48,622 bases of DNA from Bacteroidota bacterium (GCA_039026435.1 JBCCMF010000001.1:1-48622), one strand, 5' to 3'; positions 28,864 to 36,811 are shown, counted from the first letter of the stretch. Translations and numbers: made by a program. Notes: a model not told the origin generated them from the letters alone.

Positions 28864-29244
28864 ATGGACACACTACCTCTCCCGAGTTCTGCCTCGTTCA
28901 CCAGAGAGTTCTGCCTCCACCTGGCCGTCCAAGTTGGCAATGCCCTTACTGCATCTAATCGTGATGATTTGAGGGGCTTCTGGTGCGATGGGATTCTCCA
29001 CCATCCCGTGATTGATCGGCAATTGAGCAAGAAAAGTGTAAACGATACGCGGCAGATTCAGACCACGGCTTGGCTTGGCAAGACGGGTCAAGATGTTTAT
29101 GTGATGACGATCCACTTCGGCAAGTATGCGCTTCGTCGGTATGCCCGAGGCACGAGCATGCTTGATTGTATCCCAGCCTATGAGACTAGGGGCTGGCTCA
29201 TCGTCGAACCAAGTGAGAAGACAGTCCAAGTCTTTCTGCTTTGA
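28864..29244 (+). CDS. Hypothetical ORF inside the low-GC insert (coding strand unresolved)
   Basis: A 126-aa ORF fits exactly inside the insert. An in-register antisense ORF (28873..29301, with a possible TTG start near 29222) is also open and has an HTH-like stretch 'ASGIPTKRILAEVDRHHINILTRL'. Neither frame matches a family I can name with confidence. Confidence 0.25.
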   Translation: MDTLPLPSSASFTREFCLHLAVQVGNALTASNRDDLRGFWCDGILHHPVIDRQLSKKSVNDTRQIQTTAWLGKTGQDVYVMTIHFGKYALRRYARGTSMLDCIPAYETRGWLIVEPSEKTVQVFLL

Positions 29245-29249
29245 GTTAC

Positions 29250-29308
29250 CGCTCGGCCTCTGGCGGCTGGTGGATAATAGCATGACGCAAGGCGCTGTCA
29301 CAAACTAG
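29250..29308 (+). pseudogene. Orphaned, diverged copy of the aldehyde dehydrogenase 3' end (probable original gene end)
   Basis: 29250..29291 matches 28787..28828 at 35/42 positions. It reads 'LGLWRLVDNSMTQGAVTN*' versus the live end 'LGLWRLVDNAMTQEDIM*'. Its TAG (29306..29308) overlaps the stop of the convergent add gene. Confidence 0.6.
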
Positions 29309-30342
29309 CCGACGCTGATCTGTCCTTCCACCTCGGCGACCAGCGCTTGGCGCTTCTCCAGCGGCAGGAAGGCGTGGCGGAAGCCGTTGAGCGCGATGTT
29401 GGCGAGGGCAGCGGCGGAGACGCCGCACTGGGTGTGCACGCGCCACAGCTCCTCGGTCATACTCGTGCGGCTGAACAGGCGGTTGTCGGTGTTGACGGTG
29501 ACGGGAACGCCCGCCTTCACGTACTCGGCAATGGGGTGCCCCTGGAAGCTGGCGACGACGTGGGTCTGCACGTTGCTCGTCGGGCAGATCTCAAGCGGCA
29601 CCTGATGATCGACGACGTAGCGCAACAGGTCGGGGTCTTGGCGGAGCGCGATGCCGTGGCCGATGCGGTGCGCGCCGCAGTAGAAGAGCGCCTGATGGAT
29701 GGAGTCCGGCCCCCACGACTCGCCCGCGTGCACCGTGATGCCGAGCAGGTTGTTGCGCGCGTGATAGAACGCCGAGCGGTGCTGCTTGGACGGGTTGCCC
29801 GCCTCGCCGCCCGCTAGGTCGAACGCCACCACGCCGCGGTGTCGATATGCCACGGCCAGCTCCGCCTGTCGCAGCGATGCACTCTCGTAGCGATCCCGCA
29901 AACCACAGACGATGACGCGGCTGATGATGCCGAATTCGCGCTCGGCCTGCTGCAGGCCCTCCAGCACGGCGTCCATCACCTGCTCCAGCGACAGGCCTTC
30001 TTCGGTGTGCAGGATCGGCCCGAAGCGCACCTCCATGTACCGCACGTTCTCCTGCGCGTTGTCCTCGGCCAGCTCGTAGGCCATCCGGCGCAGCGCCTCG
30101 GCGGTCTGCATCAGCGGGATCGTGTAGCGGAACCACGTCAGGTAGGCCTCCAGCGTCTCCGAGTGGTCGATCTGCCGCAGGATGGTTTCGAGGCCCTCCA
30201 CGGAATCGGCGGGTAATACGTGCATCTTGCCCTGCTGCCGCGCGAGGTCGAGCATGGTGGAGAGGCGTGGGGCGCCGTCGAGGTGGGTGTGGAGTTCGGC
30301 CTTGGGCCAGGCCAGGATGGCATCGCGTGTGAGTTCAGACAT
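29305..30342 (-). CDS. add: Adenosine deaminase
   Basis: 345 aa. Contains 'WPKAELHTHLDGA', 'TVHAGE' and 'RIGHGI...VNTDN', the metal and catalytic motifs of the adenosine deaminase family. Confidence 0.9.
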   Translation of the reverse strand: MSELTRDAILAWPKAELHTHLDGAPRLSTMLDLARQQGKMHVLPADSVEGLETILRQIDHSETLEAYLTWFRYTIPLMQTAEALRRMAYELAEDNAQENVRYMEVRFGPILHTEEGLSLEQVMDAVLEGLQQAEREFGIISRVIVCGLRDRYESASLRQAELAVAYRHRGVVAFDLAGGEAGNPSKQHRSAFYHARNNLLGITVHAGESWGPDSIHQALFYCGAHRIGHGIALRQDPDLLRYVVDHQVPLEICPTSNVQTHVVASFQGHPIAEYVKAGVPVTVNTDNRLFSRTSMTEELWRVHTQCGVSAAALANIALNGFRHAFLPLEKRQALVAEVEGQISVG

Positions 30343-30570
30343 GTATGGCGGATTGGGGTGATTGTGTTTGGCCCTTCATACGCGTTCGTCCAAGGCTGCG
30401 TTCACCCATCGCCTACAGAGGAACACGCCCTCATACGTGCAGTAAGCCGCTCTCCACGTTTGCGCGATGCCGCTTCATCTCTCCTCACGTTTCGCGTATC
30501 TTTACACTGTTGTCGCGCCGCCGTATGTTGGCGCCCCGTCGAGACGCTTCCCTACCTTAAAGGTGATCCC

Positions 30571-30828
30571 ATGAGTTTGCCCGGCCCACTAGAACTCGTC
30601 ATCATTTTCCTTGTCGTCCTGCTCATATTTGGCGCCAAGCGCATCCCCGAGATCGCGCAGGGCGTGGGCAAGGGCATCCGCGAGTTCAAGAACGCCACGC
30701 GTGATATCCAGCGCGAGATCCAGCTGGACGATTCGCAAAACCGCATCCAGCAGCCGCGCGCGCCGCAGCAAACCCCGACGCCGCGTGGCTCCTACCAGCA
30801 GACCGAGAACACCGGACAGGGCAGCTAG
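30571..30828 (+). CDS. tatA: Twin-arginine translocase subunit TatA/E
   Basis: 85 aa from the internal ATG 30571: 'GPLELVIIFLVVLLIFGAKRIPEIAQGVGKGIREFK'. This is the canonical TatA TM-hinge-amphipathic helix pattern. Confidence 0.85.
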   Translation: MSLPGPLELVIIFLVVLLIFGAKRIPEIAQGVGKGIREFKNATRDIQREIQLDDSQNRIQQPRAPQQTPTPRGSYQQTENTGQGS

Positions 30829-30842
30829 GCCCGCCCCCTCGC

Positions 30843-32384
30843 ATGACCGTACCTACGTTTGCCGACGCCCGCACGGCGTTGCAGCAGCACGAGACCAGTT
30901 GCACCGCGCTGGTCTCGTCTTTTTTGGACGCTATCCACGCTCGCAACGAGGCGCTGAACGCGTTCGTCGCCGTTCACGATGAGAACGCGTTGGCGCAAGC
31001 GCAAGCCGTAGACGTCGCGTTGGCCGAGGGTACCGACCTGCCGCTGGCGGGCATGGTGATGGGCTTGAAGGACGTGCTCTGTGTCAAGGGCGAACAGGTG
31101 GCGTGCGCCTCGCGCATCCTGCAAGGCTTCGAGTCGCTGTTCGATGCTACCGCCATCCGACGGCTGCGCGACGCGGGCGCCGTCTTCGTCGGCACCACCA
31201 ACTGCGACGAGTTCGCGATGGGGTCGTCCAACGAGAACTCGGTCTACGGCCCCGCACGCAACCCCGCCAACCTGGACTACGTGACGGGCGGATCGTCGGG
31301 CGGGTCAGCCGCCGCCGTGGCCGCAGGACTGTGCCACACGAGCCTGGGCAGCGACACGGGCGGGTCGGTGCGGCAGCCCGCCGCGTTCTGCGGCACCGTC
31401 GGGCTCAAGCCCACCTACGGGCGGGTCAGCCGCTACGGATTGGTCGCCTATGCGTCGTCGTGCGATGTCATCGGCCCGTTTGGCCACACCGTATCAGATG
31501 TGGCGGATGTGCTCCAGGTCATCGCGGGTCACGACCCGTCCGATGCCACCAGCGCCAACGTGCCCGTGCCGAACTACCGCGCCGCGCTGAGCGAGTCCGT
31601 GGCGGGTCTCAAGATTGGCTTGCCGGATGAATACTTCGGCGACGGCTTGGACGCGGATATCCGCGCCGCCATCGACGAGCAGGTGAAGCGGCTGGAGGCG
31701 GCGGGCGCCTCGGTGCAGCGCGTCTCGCTGCCGCACACGTCGTATGGCATCGCCACGTACTACATCATCACGACCGCCGAGGCGTCGAGCAACCTCGCCC
31801 GCTACGACGGCATCCGCTACGGCTACCGCGCCGACCTCGCCACCATCCGCAACGACCTGGCTACCGAGCGCCGCACGCTGCAAGAAGGCATCGCCGAAGC
31901 CGACGCGCACGGCAACGCCCTCGTGGCCGAGGCGCTGGAGAAGCAGCTCGCCCAACAAGACTCGGTCCTCCGCCGCCTCTACACCGACACACGCACCCAG
32001 GGCTTCGGTGCTGAGGTCAAGCGCCGCATCATGCTGGGCACGTACGTCCTCTCCTCCGGCTACTACGACGCGTACTACGCCAAGGCCCAGCGCGTGCGGC
32101 GGCTCATCAAGCAAGACTACGACCGCGCCTTCGCGCAGGTCGATGTGCTCATCACCCCCGCCACGCCCACGCCTGCGTTTAAGATCGGCAGCATCGTAGA
32201 CGACCCGCTGACGATGTACCTCAACGACATCTACACCGTCACCGCCAACCTCGCCGGCGTCCCCGGCCTCGTCGTGCCCATCGGCACGCATCCCGCAGGG
32301 CTCCCGATGGGCCTCCAACTGCTTGGTCCGCACTTCGGCGAAGAGCGGCTGCTTACAGTGGGCCAACAGGTCATGCAGGGCTAA
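30843..32384 (+). CDS. gatA: Asp/Glu-tRNA amidotransferase subunit A
   Basis: 513 aa. Has the amidase signature '[36 protein letters not shown]' and 'KDVLCVKG'. Confidence 0.93.
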   Translation: MTVPTFADARTALQQHETSCTALVSSFLDAIHARNEALNAFVAVHDENALAQAQAVDVALAEGTDLPLAGMVMGLKDVLCVKGEQVACASRILQGFESLFDATAIRRLRDAGAVFVGTTNCDEFAMGSSNENSVYGPARNPANLDYVTGGSSGGSAAAVAAGLCHTSLGSDTGGSVRQPAAFCGTVGLKPTYGRVSRYGLVAYASSCDVIGPFGHTVSDVADVLQVIAGHDPSDATSANVPVPNYRAALSESVAGLKIGLPDEYFGDGLDADIRAAIDEQVKRLEAAGASVQRVSLPHTSYGIATYYIITTAEASSNLARYDGIRYGYRADLATIRNDLATERRTLQEGIAEADAHGNALVAEALEKQLAQQDSVLRRLYTDTRTQGFGAEVKRRIMLGTYVLSSGYYDAYYAKAQRVRRLIKQDYDRAFAQVDVLITPATPTPAFKIGSIVDDPLTMYLNDIYTVTANLAGVPGLVVPIGTHPAGLPMGLQLLGPHFGEERLLTVGQQVMQG

Positions 32385-32385
32385 C

Positions 32386-33249
32386 ATGGCCTACATTCTT
32401 TTCCTCGACGAGAGCGGACAAGACCGCAAAGACTCACCCTATGAGGTACTGGCTGGCGTCGCCATCGAAGATCGCGACCTGTGGAGTTTGACGCGTAGCA
32501 TTCAGGATGCTGAGATCAAACATTTTGGACAGCGCTACTCGCTTGACCGCAGTGAACTCAAGGGAAGCAAATTGCTCAAGCGCAAAACATTCAGGCAAGC
32601 TCGCCAAATGCAAGCTATTCCTGATGAGCGGCGACGCTTATGCGCGAGTCGATGCCTTACATATGGTGCTACAGCGACACGAGAGCAAATCACGGCACTA
32701 GCTCAGGCCAAACTCGCCTATGTAACTGAGGTTTTTGATGTCTGCCAACGCTTTCGCGTTAAGGCCTTCGCAAGCATCACCTCTCAAGATGCAGACCGAC
32801 CTTCCTCACCGCTGTTTCTGCGGAAGGATTACGCTTACTTGTTTGAGCGCTTCTATTACTTCCTCGACGATTTACGCCCTTCTCCGATGGGCCTTGTGGT
32901 CTTCGATGAGTTGGAGCGAAGCCAGAGCCATTTGCTCCTGACGCAGATGGATCACTACTTCAAACGCACCCAGAACGGACAGACACGCTCGTCGCTCATC
33001 ATACCCGAGCCGCTCTTTGTCCATAGCGACCTCACTACAGGGGTTCAGGTAGCCGATCTTGTTGCCTACGTCATCAGTTGGGGCTTCCGCATCGCACGGA
33101 TGAGCATGCCTGCCCGAGAGGAGTTGGCCACCTACGCAGATCAGGTCGCGGCTATGCGCCATCGCGCTGTGCGTAGTGTGGGAGATCGCGACGACTTTGT
33201 CGTCTGGAGCTTTGCATACCTTGAGGATTTGACGACAAGCAGCACCTGA
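32386..33249 (+). CDS. DUF3800 domain protein (unknown function), low-GC accessory gene
   Basis: The real start is ATG 32386, 1 nt after the gatA stop. 287 aa. N-terminal 'YILFLDESG' and C-terminal 'TGVQVADLVAYVI' are the hallmark motifs I associate with DUF3800. GC is visibly lower than in the neighbours. Confidence 0.7.
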   Translation: MAYILFLDESGQDRKDSPYEVLAGVAIEDRDLWSLTRSIQDAEIKHFGQRYSLDRSELKGSKLLKRKTFRQARQMQAIPDERRRLCASRCLTYGATATREQITALAQAKLAYVTEVFDVCQRFRVKAFASITSQDADRPSSPLFLRKDYAYLFERFYYFLDDLRPSPMGLVVFDELERSQSHLLLTQMDHYFKRTQNGQTRSSLIIPEPLFVHSDLTTGVQVADLVAYVISWGFRIARMSMPAREELATYADQVAAMRHRAVRSVGDRDDFVVWSFAYLEDLTTSST

Positions 33250-33367
33250 AATAAAAAAGGCAATGCACCGCCGAAGCGGCACAAAGCCTCCATCGCGGTC
33301 AATAGCCTCACTAGAGTGTTTGTTCCGCTGGATAATGTGGCCTAGACGCCAGAGCAATAACACGTTC

Positions 33368-33526
33368 TCAGCGCTGCCAGGTACCCGGGAGTTCGGTGGC
33401 AAGAACGATGCGCAAATCCAGCGCTTTGCCGACAGTGATCACGGTGATGACCTGGTCGTAGTTGACCTTCTTACCGCCCCGCGCATCATCAATGGCTGTC
33501 AGCAGGTCAGCCGCGAGGGTGAGCGT
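33368..33526 (-). pseudogene. Diverged 3' fragment of an exbD/tolR allele
   Basis: The minus strand reads '*TLTLAADLLTAIDDARGGKKVNYDQVITVITVGKALDLRIVLATELPGTWQR*'. This parallels the last ~55 aa of the intact ExbD at 33824..34240, with an internal deletion of about 9 aa. It has no N-terminal part. Confidence 0.65.
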
Positions 33527-33530
33527 TCAG

Positions 33531-33566
33531 CTACTCACGGTGGGGCAACAGGTCATGTAGGGCTAA
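33531..33566 (+). pseudogene. 36-nt relic of a gatA 3' end
   Basis: 'ctactcacggtggggcaacaggtcatgtagggctaa' versus gatA 32349..32384 'ctgcttacagtgggccaacaggtcatgcagggctaa'. They match at 31/36 positions; four differences are synonymous and one changes CAG to TAG. Confidence 0.65.
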
Positions 33567-33763
33567 CGGATGCCGGGGATTGCACATTCGAGGCAAGCTC
33601 GAATATCCTCAGGCGTCAAGTGTTGATGCTCCGCCAAGATGCCATCAACAGACTCTCCGTGTGATAGCAAACCAAGGACATAGTCAACGGTGAGGCGCGT
33701 GCCTTGGATGACGGGCTTGCCTGCCATGATGGCTGGTTCAGCCGTGATGCGCGCTAAATTCAG
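33563..33763 (-). CDS. DUF433 domain protein (small, antitoxin-like); absent from the ORF track
   Basis: The minus strand reads '(LNLA)RITAEPAIMAGKPVIQGTRLTVDYVLGLLSHGESVDGILAEHQHLTPEDIRACLECAIPGIR*'. 'GKPVIQGTRLTV' plus '..ILAEHQHLTPEDIRACLE' fits the DUF433 pattern. The only in-frame ATG is at 33727 (54 aa). The ATG at 33767 is one nucleotide out of frame. Confidence 0.55.
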   Translation of the reverse strand: MNLARITAEPAIMAGKPVIQGTRLTVDYVLGLLSHGESVDGILAEHQHLTPEDIRACLECAIPGIR

Positions 33764-33823
33764 TCATGGCTTCGCCCGGGTCAATGGGTGACGTGGCCTA
33801 CCCCTGGCGGCACCAACAAGTTC

Positions 33824-34240
33824 TCAGCGCTGCCGCGTGCCCGGCAGTTCGGTGGCGAGGACGATGCGCAGCTCCAGCGCTTTGCCGATGCTCATGACGT
33901 TGACGACCTGGCCGTAGTTGGCTTCCATGTCGCCGCGGACGATGAGCGAGGCGCTCTCGCCCCGGGCCTCGTCGATGGCCATCAGCAGGTCGGGGGCGGG
34001 GGTGGGCGTTTGGTTGACGAAGTAGCGGCCGTCGTTGGTGATGGTCACCGTCACGGACTGGCTCTCGACGGGGGGCACCGACTCCACGCGCGGCAGGTTG
34101 ACCTCCACGCCGAACTGCGGGATGAAGCTGGAGGTGAGCAGGAAGAAGATCAGCAGCAGCAGCACGATGTCGGTCAGCCCTGCCATGCTGAACATGTCGA
34201 GCCGCTTGCGCGAGGTGGTGAAGTTGATGTCGTTGTTCAT
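33824..34240 (-). CDS. Biopolymer transport protein ExbD/TolR
   Basis: 138 aa. 'MAGLTDIVLLLLIFFLLTSSF' is the conserved TM with Asp, and the periplasmic domain is typical of ExbD/TolR. Confidence 0.85.
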   Translation of the reverse strand: MNNDINFTTSRKRLDMFSMAGLTDIVLLLLIFFLLTSSFIPQFGVEVNLPRVESVPPVESQSVTVTITNDGRYFVNQTPTPAPDLLMAIDEARGESASLIVRGDMEANYGQVVNVMSIGKALELRIVLATELPGTRQR

Positions 34241-34288
34241 GCCAGACGCCTCCGTTGATCGCGTGAATGCCGAACCGCCGTGCGCCGC

Positions 34289-35011
34289 CTAGCGGCGTGA
34301 CGCGGGCGAGGGCGCTTGGAGGAGGTCGATGAAGTCGGCGGTGGCGCGTTCCATCTCGGAGAGCATGCGCTGGATGCGCCCCAGCAGGAAGTTGTACGCG
34401 AAGAAGGCGAGGATGCCTGTGATGAGGCCGAAGGCGGTGGTGAGCAGCGCCTCCCAGATGCCGCCGGCCAGCACGCTGGGGTCCACGTTGCCCTGCAGGC
34501 GCTGGATGTCCTGGAAGGCTTCAATCATGCCCGTTACCGTCCCAAAAAACCCGAGCATGGGCGCCACGCCCGCGATGGTGGCCAGCGTGCCCGTGCGCTT
34601 CTCCAGCCGGAACGCCTCGCTCTTGCCCTCCGCGTTGAGCGCTTCCTTGATCTCGGCGATAGGCCGCCCCAGCCGCTCCAGGCCGCGCTTGAGGATGCGG
34701 GTGAGCGGCTTGTCCTGCGCCTCGCAGTAGGCCACCGCCCCGCCGATGTCGCCACTGGTGACGTAGGCGCGCACGCGTTCGGTGATCCCTTCGGTGTTGC
34801 CGTGCGCGCTGCGCAGCGTGAACAGCCGCTCGATGAACACGGCGATGGTCCACAGCGAGAGCACGGCGATGGGGATCATCACCCAGCCGCCTTGCATCAC
34901 CGTTTCGACAAAGCCCATGAAGCCTTCGGGCTCTGCTGCGGCCACCGTGGCCAGGCTGTCGGTGGGCAGCGTGAGGGAGTCCGCGTCTTGAAAGAGCATG
35001 GCAAACGTCAT
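34289..35011 (-). CDS. MotA/TolQ/ExbB proton-channel protein
   Basis: 240 aa with three TM segments. 'LATIAGVAPMLGFFGTVTGMIEAF' and 'GGIWEALLTTAFGLITGI' match the ExbB/TolQ family. Confidence 0.85.
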   Translation of the reverse strand: MTFAMLFQDADSLTLPTDSLATVAAAEPEGFMGFVETVMQGGWVMIPIAVLSLWTIAVFIERLFTLRSAHGNTEGITERVRAYVTSGDIGGAVAYCEAQDKPLTRILKRGLERLGRPIAEIKEALNAEGKSEAFRLEKRTGTLATIAGVAPMLGFFGTVTGMIEAFQDIQRLQGNVDPSVLAGGIWEALLTTAFGLITGILAFFAYNFLLGRIQRMLSEMERATADFIDLLQAPSPASRR

Positions 35012-35021
35012 ACAGATAGCG

Positions 35022-36542
35022 TTAAAGCGAGAGGTTAGTCAGGTCCATACGGGTGCCCACGCGCATCACCCAGGCGCCCTCGGGCAGCTTGTCGATCTCC
35101 GAGCGGAGCGCCTGGGACGCCTCGCCATCGGTCGCAAATTGCCCGACGACAGCACGGTAGCGCGTGAAGCCCATGTGCGTGCCGAATACCACGCCCGTGC
35201 GGTAGCCCAGGGCCACAAACGGCCGGGCGAGCCGCTCCGCCTGCCCCGCCGACTCGGCCGAGCCCACGATGATGCCGTAGCCGCCTTTCTGGATAGGCAC
35301 GGTGCCGTACAAGGCGGGGTTGGCGCCCACGGGTACTGGTGGAGCCTGTGACGCGGGCGCCTCGGGCAACCCACCGATGGAGTCTGCAGCGGCGGTCGTC
35401 AGCGTGTCGGTGGCTGCGAGCGTGACGCTGGTGTCGGCAGGAGCAACGGGCACCGTCTGCGCAACGGGGGGCGGGGGTGCCGGGCGCGTGAACCACCATG
35501 CGAGCAAGGCGATGAGCAGCACGGCAAGCACGCCCCCCCCGAGCAGGATGAAGCGGCGGCGGTCGGGTTCGGGCTCCGGCTCGTAGCGCCTGCGCGCGGC
35601 ACGGCGGTCGGCTTGGAAGCCCTGCGGCACCTTCAGCGTGGGCGGCGGCGGGACGACAGCATCGGCGGGCGGAGCCTCCTCCGGTTCAGGCGGATCGGCA
35701 GGTACACCTTCGGTGGGCAGCGTCTCGGCCTCGGCGTCAGTAGGCGCTGTGGCCTGCAGTGTGGCCTCTAGCTCGGCCAGCGCATCCTCAAACGACTCGA
35801 CGGCCTCCGATGGCGGCGCAAACTCGGAGGGTGGCTCGGTGGGTTGGGAAGGCATGACCTCGGCCTCTGCCCAAGGCGGTGCGCTAGCAACGGGCGGATC
35901 GGCCGTTGGCGCCGCCTCAACACTAGGAGCCTCAGCAACGGGCTCAATGTCGGCTACCTCGCCAGCAGGAGGGAACGCCTCGGCATCGTCAAAAAGAGAG
36001 GCCTCTTCGGCTGCGGGTTCTTCTGGCGGCTCGGCGAGGCCAAAGAAGCGCTCCTCGTCACCACGGACGACCTGGAAGTCGGCCTCCTCGAAGGAAGAAG
36101 GGGGCGTAGGGCCCAACGGCGCAAACATCTCCTCATCGTCGGGCGGGGCCCAGTAGTCTTCGGTGAGGCTGGTGTCCATGCGGGGCTTGGGCGTGTCGGT
36201 GGCCAGCGGCACCTGCATCTCTTCGAAGACGAACCCGTCGTCCTCGCCGTACGGATGCTCGGGGTCGCTGGGGTTGACGGCAATGGGCTCCAGCCCCCCC
36301 AAGTCGGCGTTGATCAGCTTGTTCAGCTCGTCATCGGCCTGGAAAGCAAAGGCGCCGTCGGCGCTGAACGAGAAGGTACCCAGCCCGGGCATCTCTACCT
36401 GGCCATGCTCGCGGGCAGCGGCTTTCAACTGCCCTGCCCACTGCGCCAAGGCACGGTCGGCCTCGTTGGGCGGGATGCCCAAGCGGCGGGCGAGCAGTGC
36501 GGAGAGATCGGTGGGCATGGAGGGGCGGTACGGGTTAGACAT
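35022..36542 (-). CDS. Membrane protein with HU-CCDC81-like domain 2, acidic/Pro-rich linker, one TM and C-terminal SPOR domain
   Basis: The likely start is ATG 36542 'MSNPYRPSMPTDLSALLARRLGIPPNEADRAL...VEMPGLGTFSF' (HU-like). The TM is 'RRFILLGGGVLAVLLIALLAWWF', with Arg-rich sequence before it, so the N-terminus is predicted cytoplasmic. The C-terminal 'GGYGIIVGSAESAGQAERLARPFVALGYRTGVV...YRAVVGQFATDGEAS' is SPOR-like. Confidence 0.7.
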   Translation of the reverse strand: MSNPYRPSMPTDLSALLARRLGIPPNEADRALAQWAGQLKAAAREHGQVEMPGLGTFSFSADGAFAFQADDELNKLINADLGGLEPIAVNPSDPEHPYGEDDGFVFEEMQVPLATDTPKPRMDTSLTEDYWAPPDDEEMFAPLGPTPPSSFEEADFQVVRGDEERFFGLAEPPEEPAAEEASLFDDAEAFPPAGEVADIEPVAEAPSVEAAPTADPPVASAPPWAEAEVMPSQPTEPPSEFAPPSEAVESFEDALAELEATLQATAPTDAEAETLPTEGVPADPPEPEEAPPADAVVPPPPTLKVPQGFQADRRAARRRYEPEPEPDRRRFILLGGGVLAVLLIALLAWWFTRPAPPPPVAQTVPVAPADTSVTLAATDTLTTAAADSIGGLPEAPASQAPPVPVGANPALYGTVPIQKGGYGIIVGSAESAGQAERLARPFVALGYRTGVVFGTHMGFTRYRAVVGQFATDGEASQALRSEIDKLPEGAWVMRVGTRMDLTNLSL

Positions 36543-36729
36543 CGGGCGTGAAGCGGACCTGTTGCTGCGGGGGGCTGAGCACGTACTGATCGTTTTCGCC
36601 AGCGACGAACTGGCCGCTCTGCCGTTCAAGCGCGAAGGTGCCCAGGGTGGGCACCGCGACGGTGTTGCCCTGCATGAGCCCCTCGCGGATCAGGGCCACG
36701 ATGGTGGTAGAGATTTGGTTGGCGTCCAT
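36535..36729 (-). CDS. Small HU-CCDC81-like domain 1 protein (or the split N-terminus of the following gene)
   Basis: 64 aa. 'IVALIREGLMQGNTVAVPTLGTFALERQ...LSPPQQQVRFTPDV*' fits the first bacterial HU-CCDC81 domain. Its stop overlaps the next ATG by 8 nt (GATGTCTAA). Confidence 0.55.
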   Translation of the reverse strand: MDANQISTTIVALIREGLMQGNTVAVPTLGTFALERQSGQFVAGENDQYVLSPPQQQVRFTPDV

Positions 36730-36811
36730 ACCGCGTGGCGATTTTCTCGGATTTATTGATGGCCTAATCTACGCACGGGAGCCGTCACATCAACACGAAA
36801 ACTGGAGGAGG

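Noticed and set aside
28864-29244. Possible Uma2-family (DUF820) endonuclease remnant, based on the C-terminal 'PAYETRGWLIVEPSEKTVQVFLL'.
   Set aside because: Only the last ~20 residues loosely fit the 'K..Y...G..eyWlvdp....v.vy' pattern. The expected catalytic D..EV.S..K block is absent and the ORF is too short. It is kept only as an unassigned hypothetical ORF.
30497-30504. Bacteroidota-type -7 promoter motif (TAnnTTTG) candidates: 'tatcttta' upstream of tatA (30497..30504) and 'tatcttgc' upstream of the M16 gene (44881..44888).
   Set aside because: Each deviates from the consensus, no -33 element could be paired with them convincingly, and the promoter rules for this lineage are not known to me. 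The evidence is too weak to annotate.
32872-33402. A 176-aa minus-strand ORF antisense to the DUF3800 gene.
   Set aside because: It has no motifs and runs through the intergenic region into the exbD-like relic. The plus-strand frame carries the DUF3800 hallmarks.
33263-34258. Two parallel plus-strand ORFs (33263..33664 and 33788..34258) with similar N-terminal peptides ('FSALPGTREFGGKNDAQIQRFAD' and 'FSALPRARQFGGEDDAQLQRFAD').
   Set aside because: They are antisense translations of the exbD 3' end and its diverged copy, not a paralogous gene pair. They were useful only as the clue that revealed the duplication.
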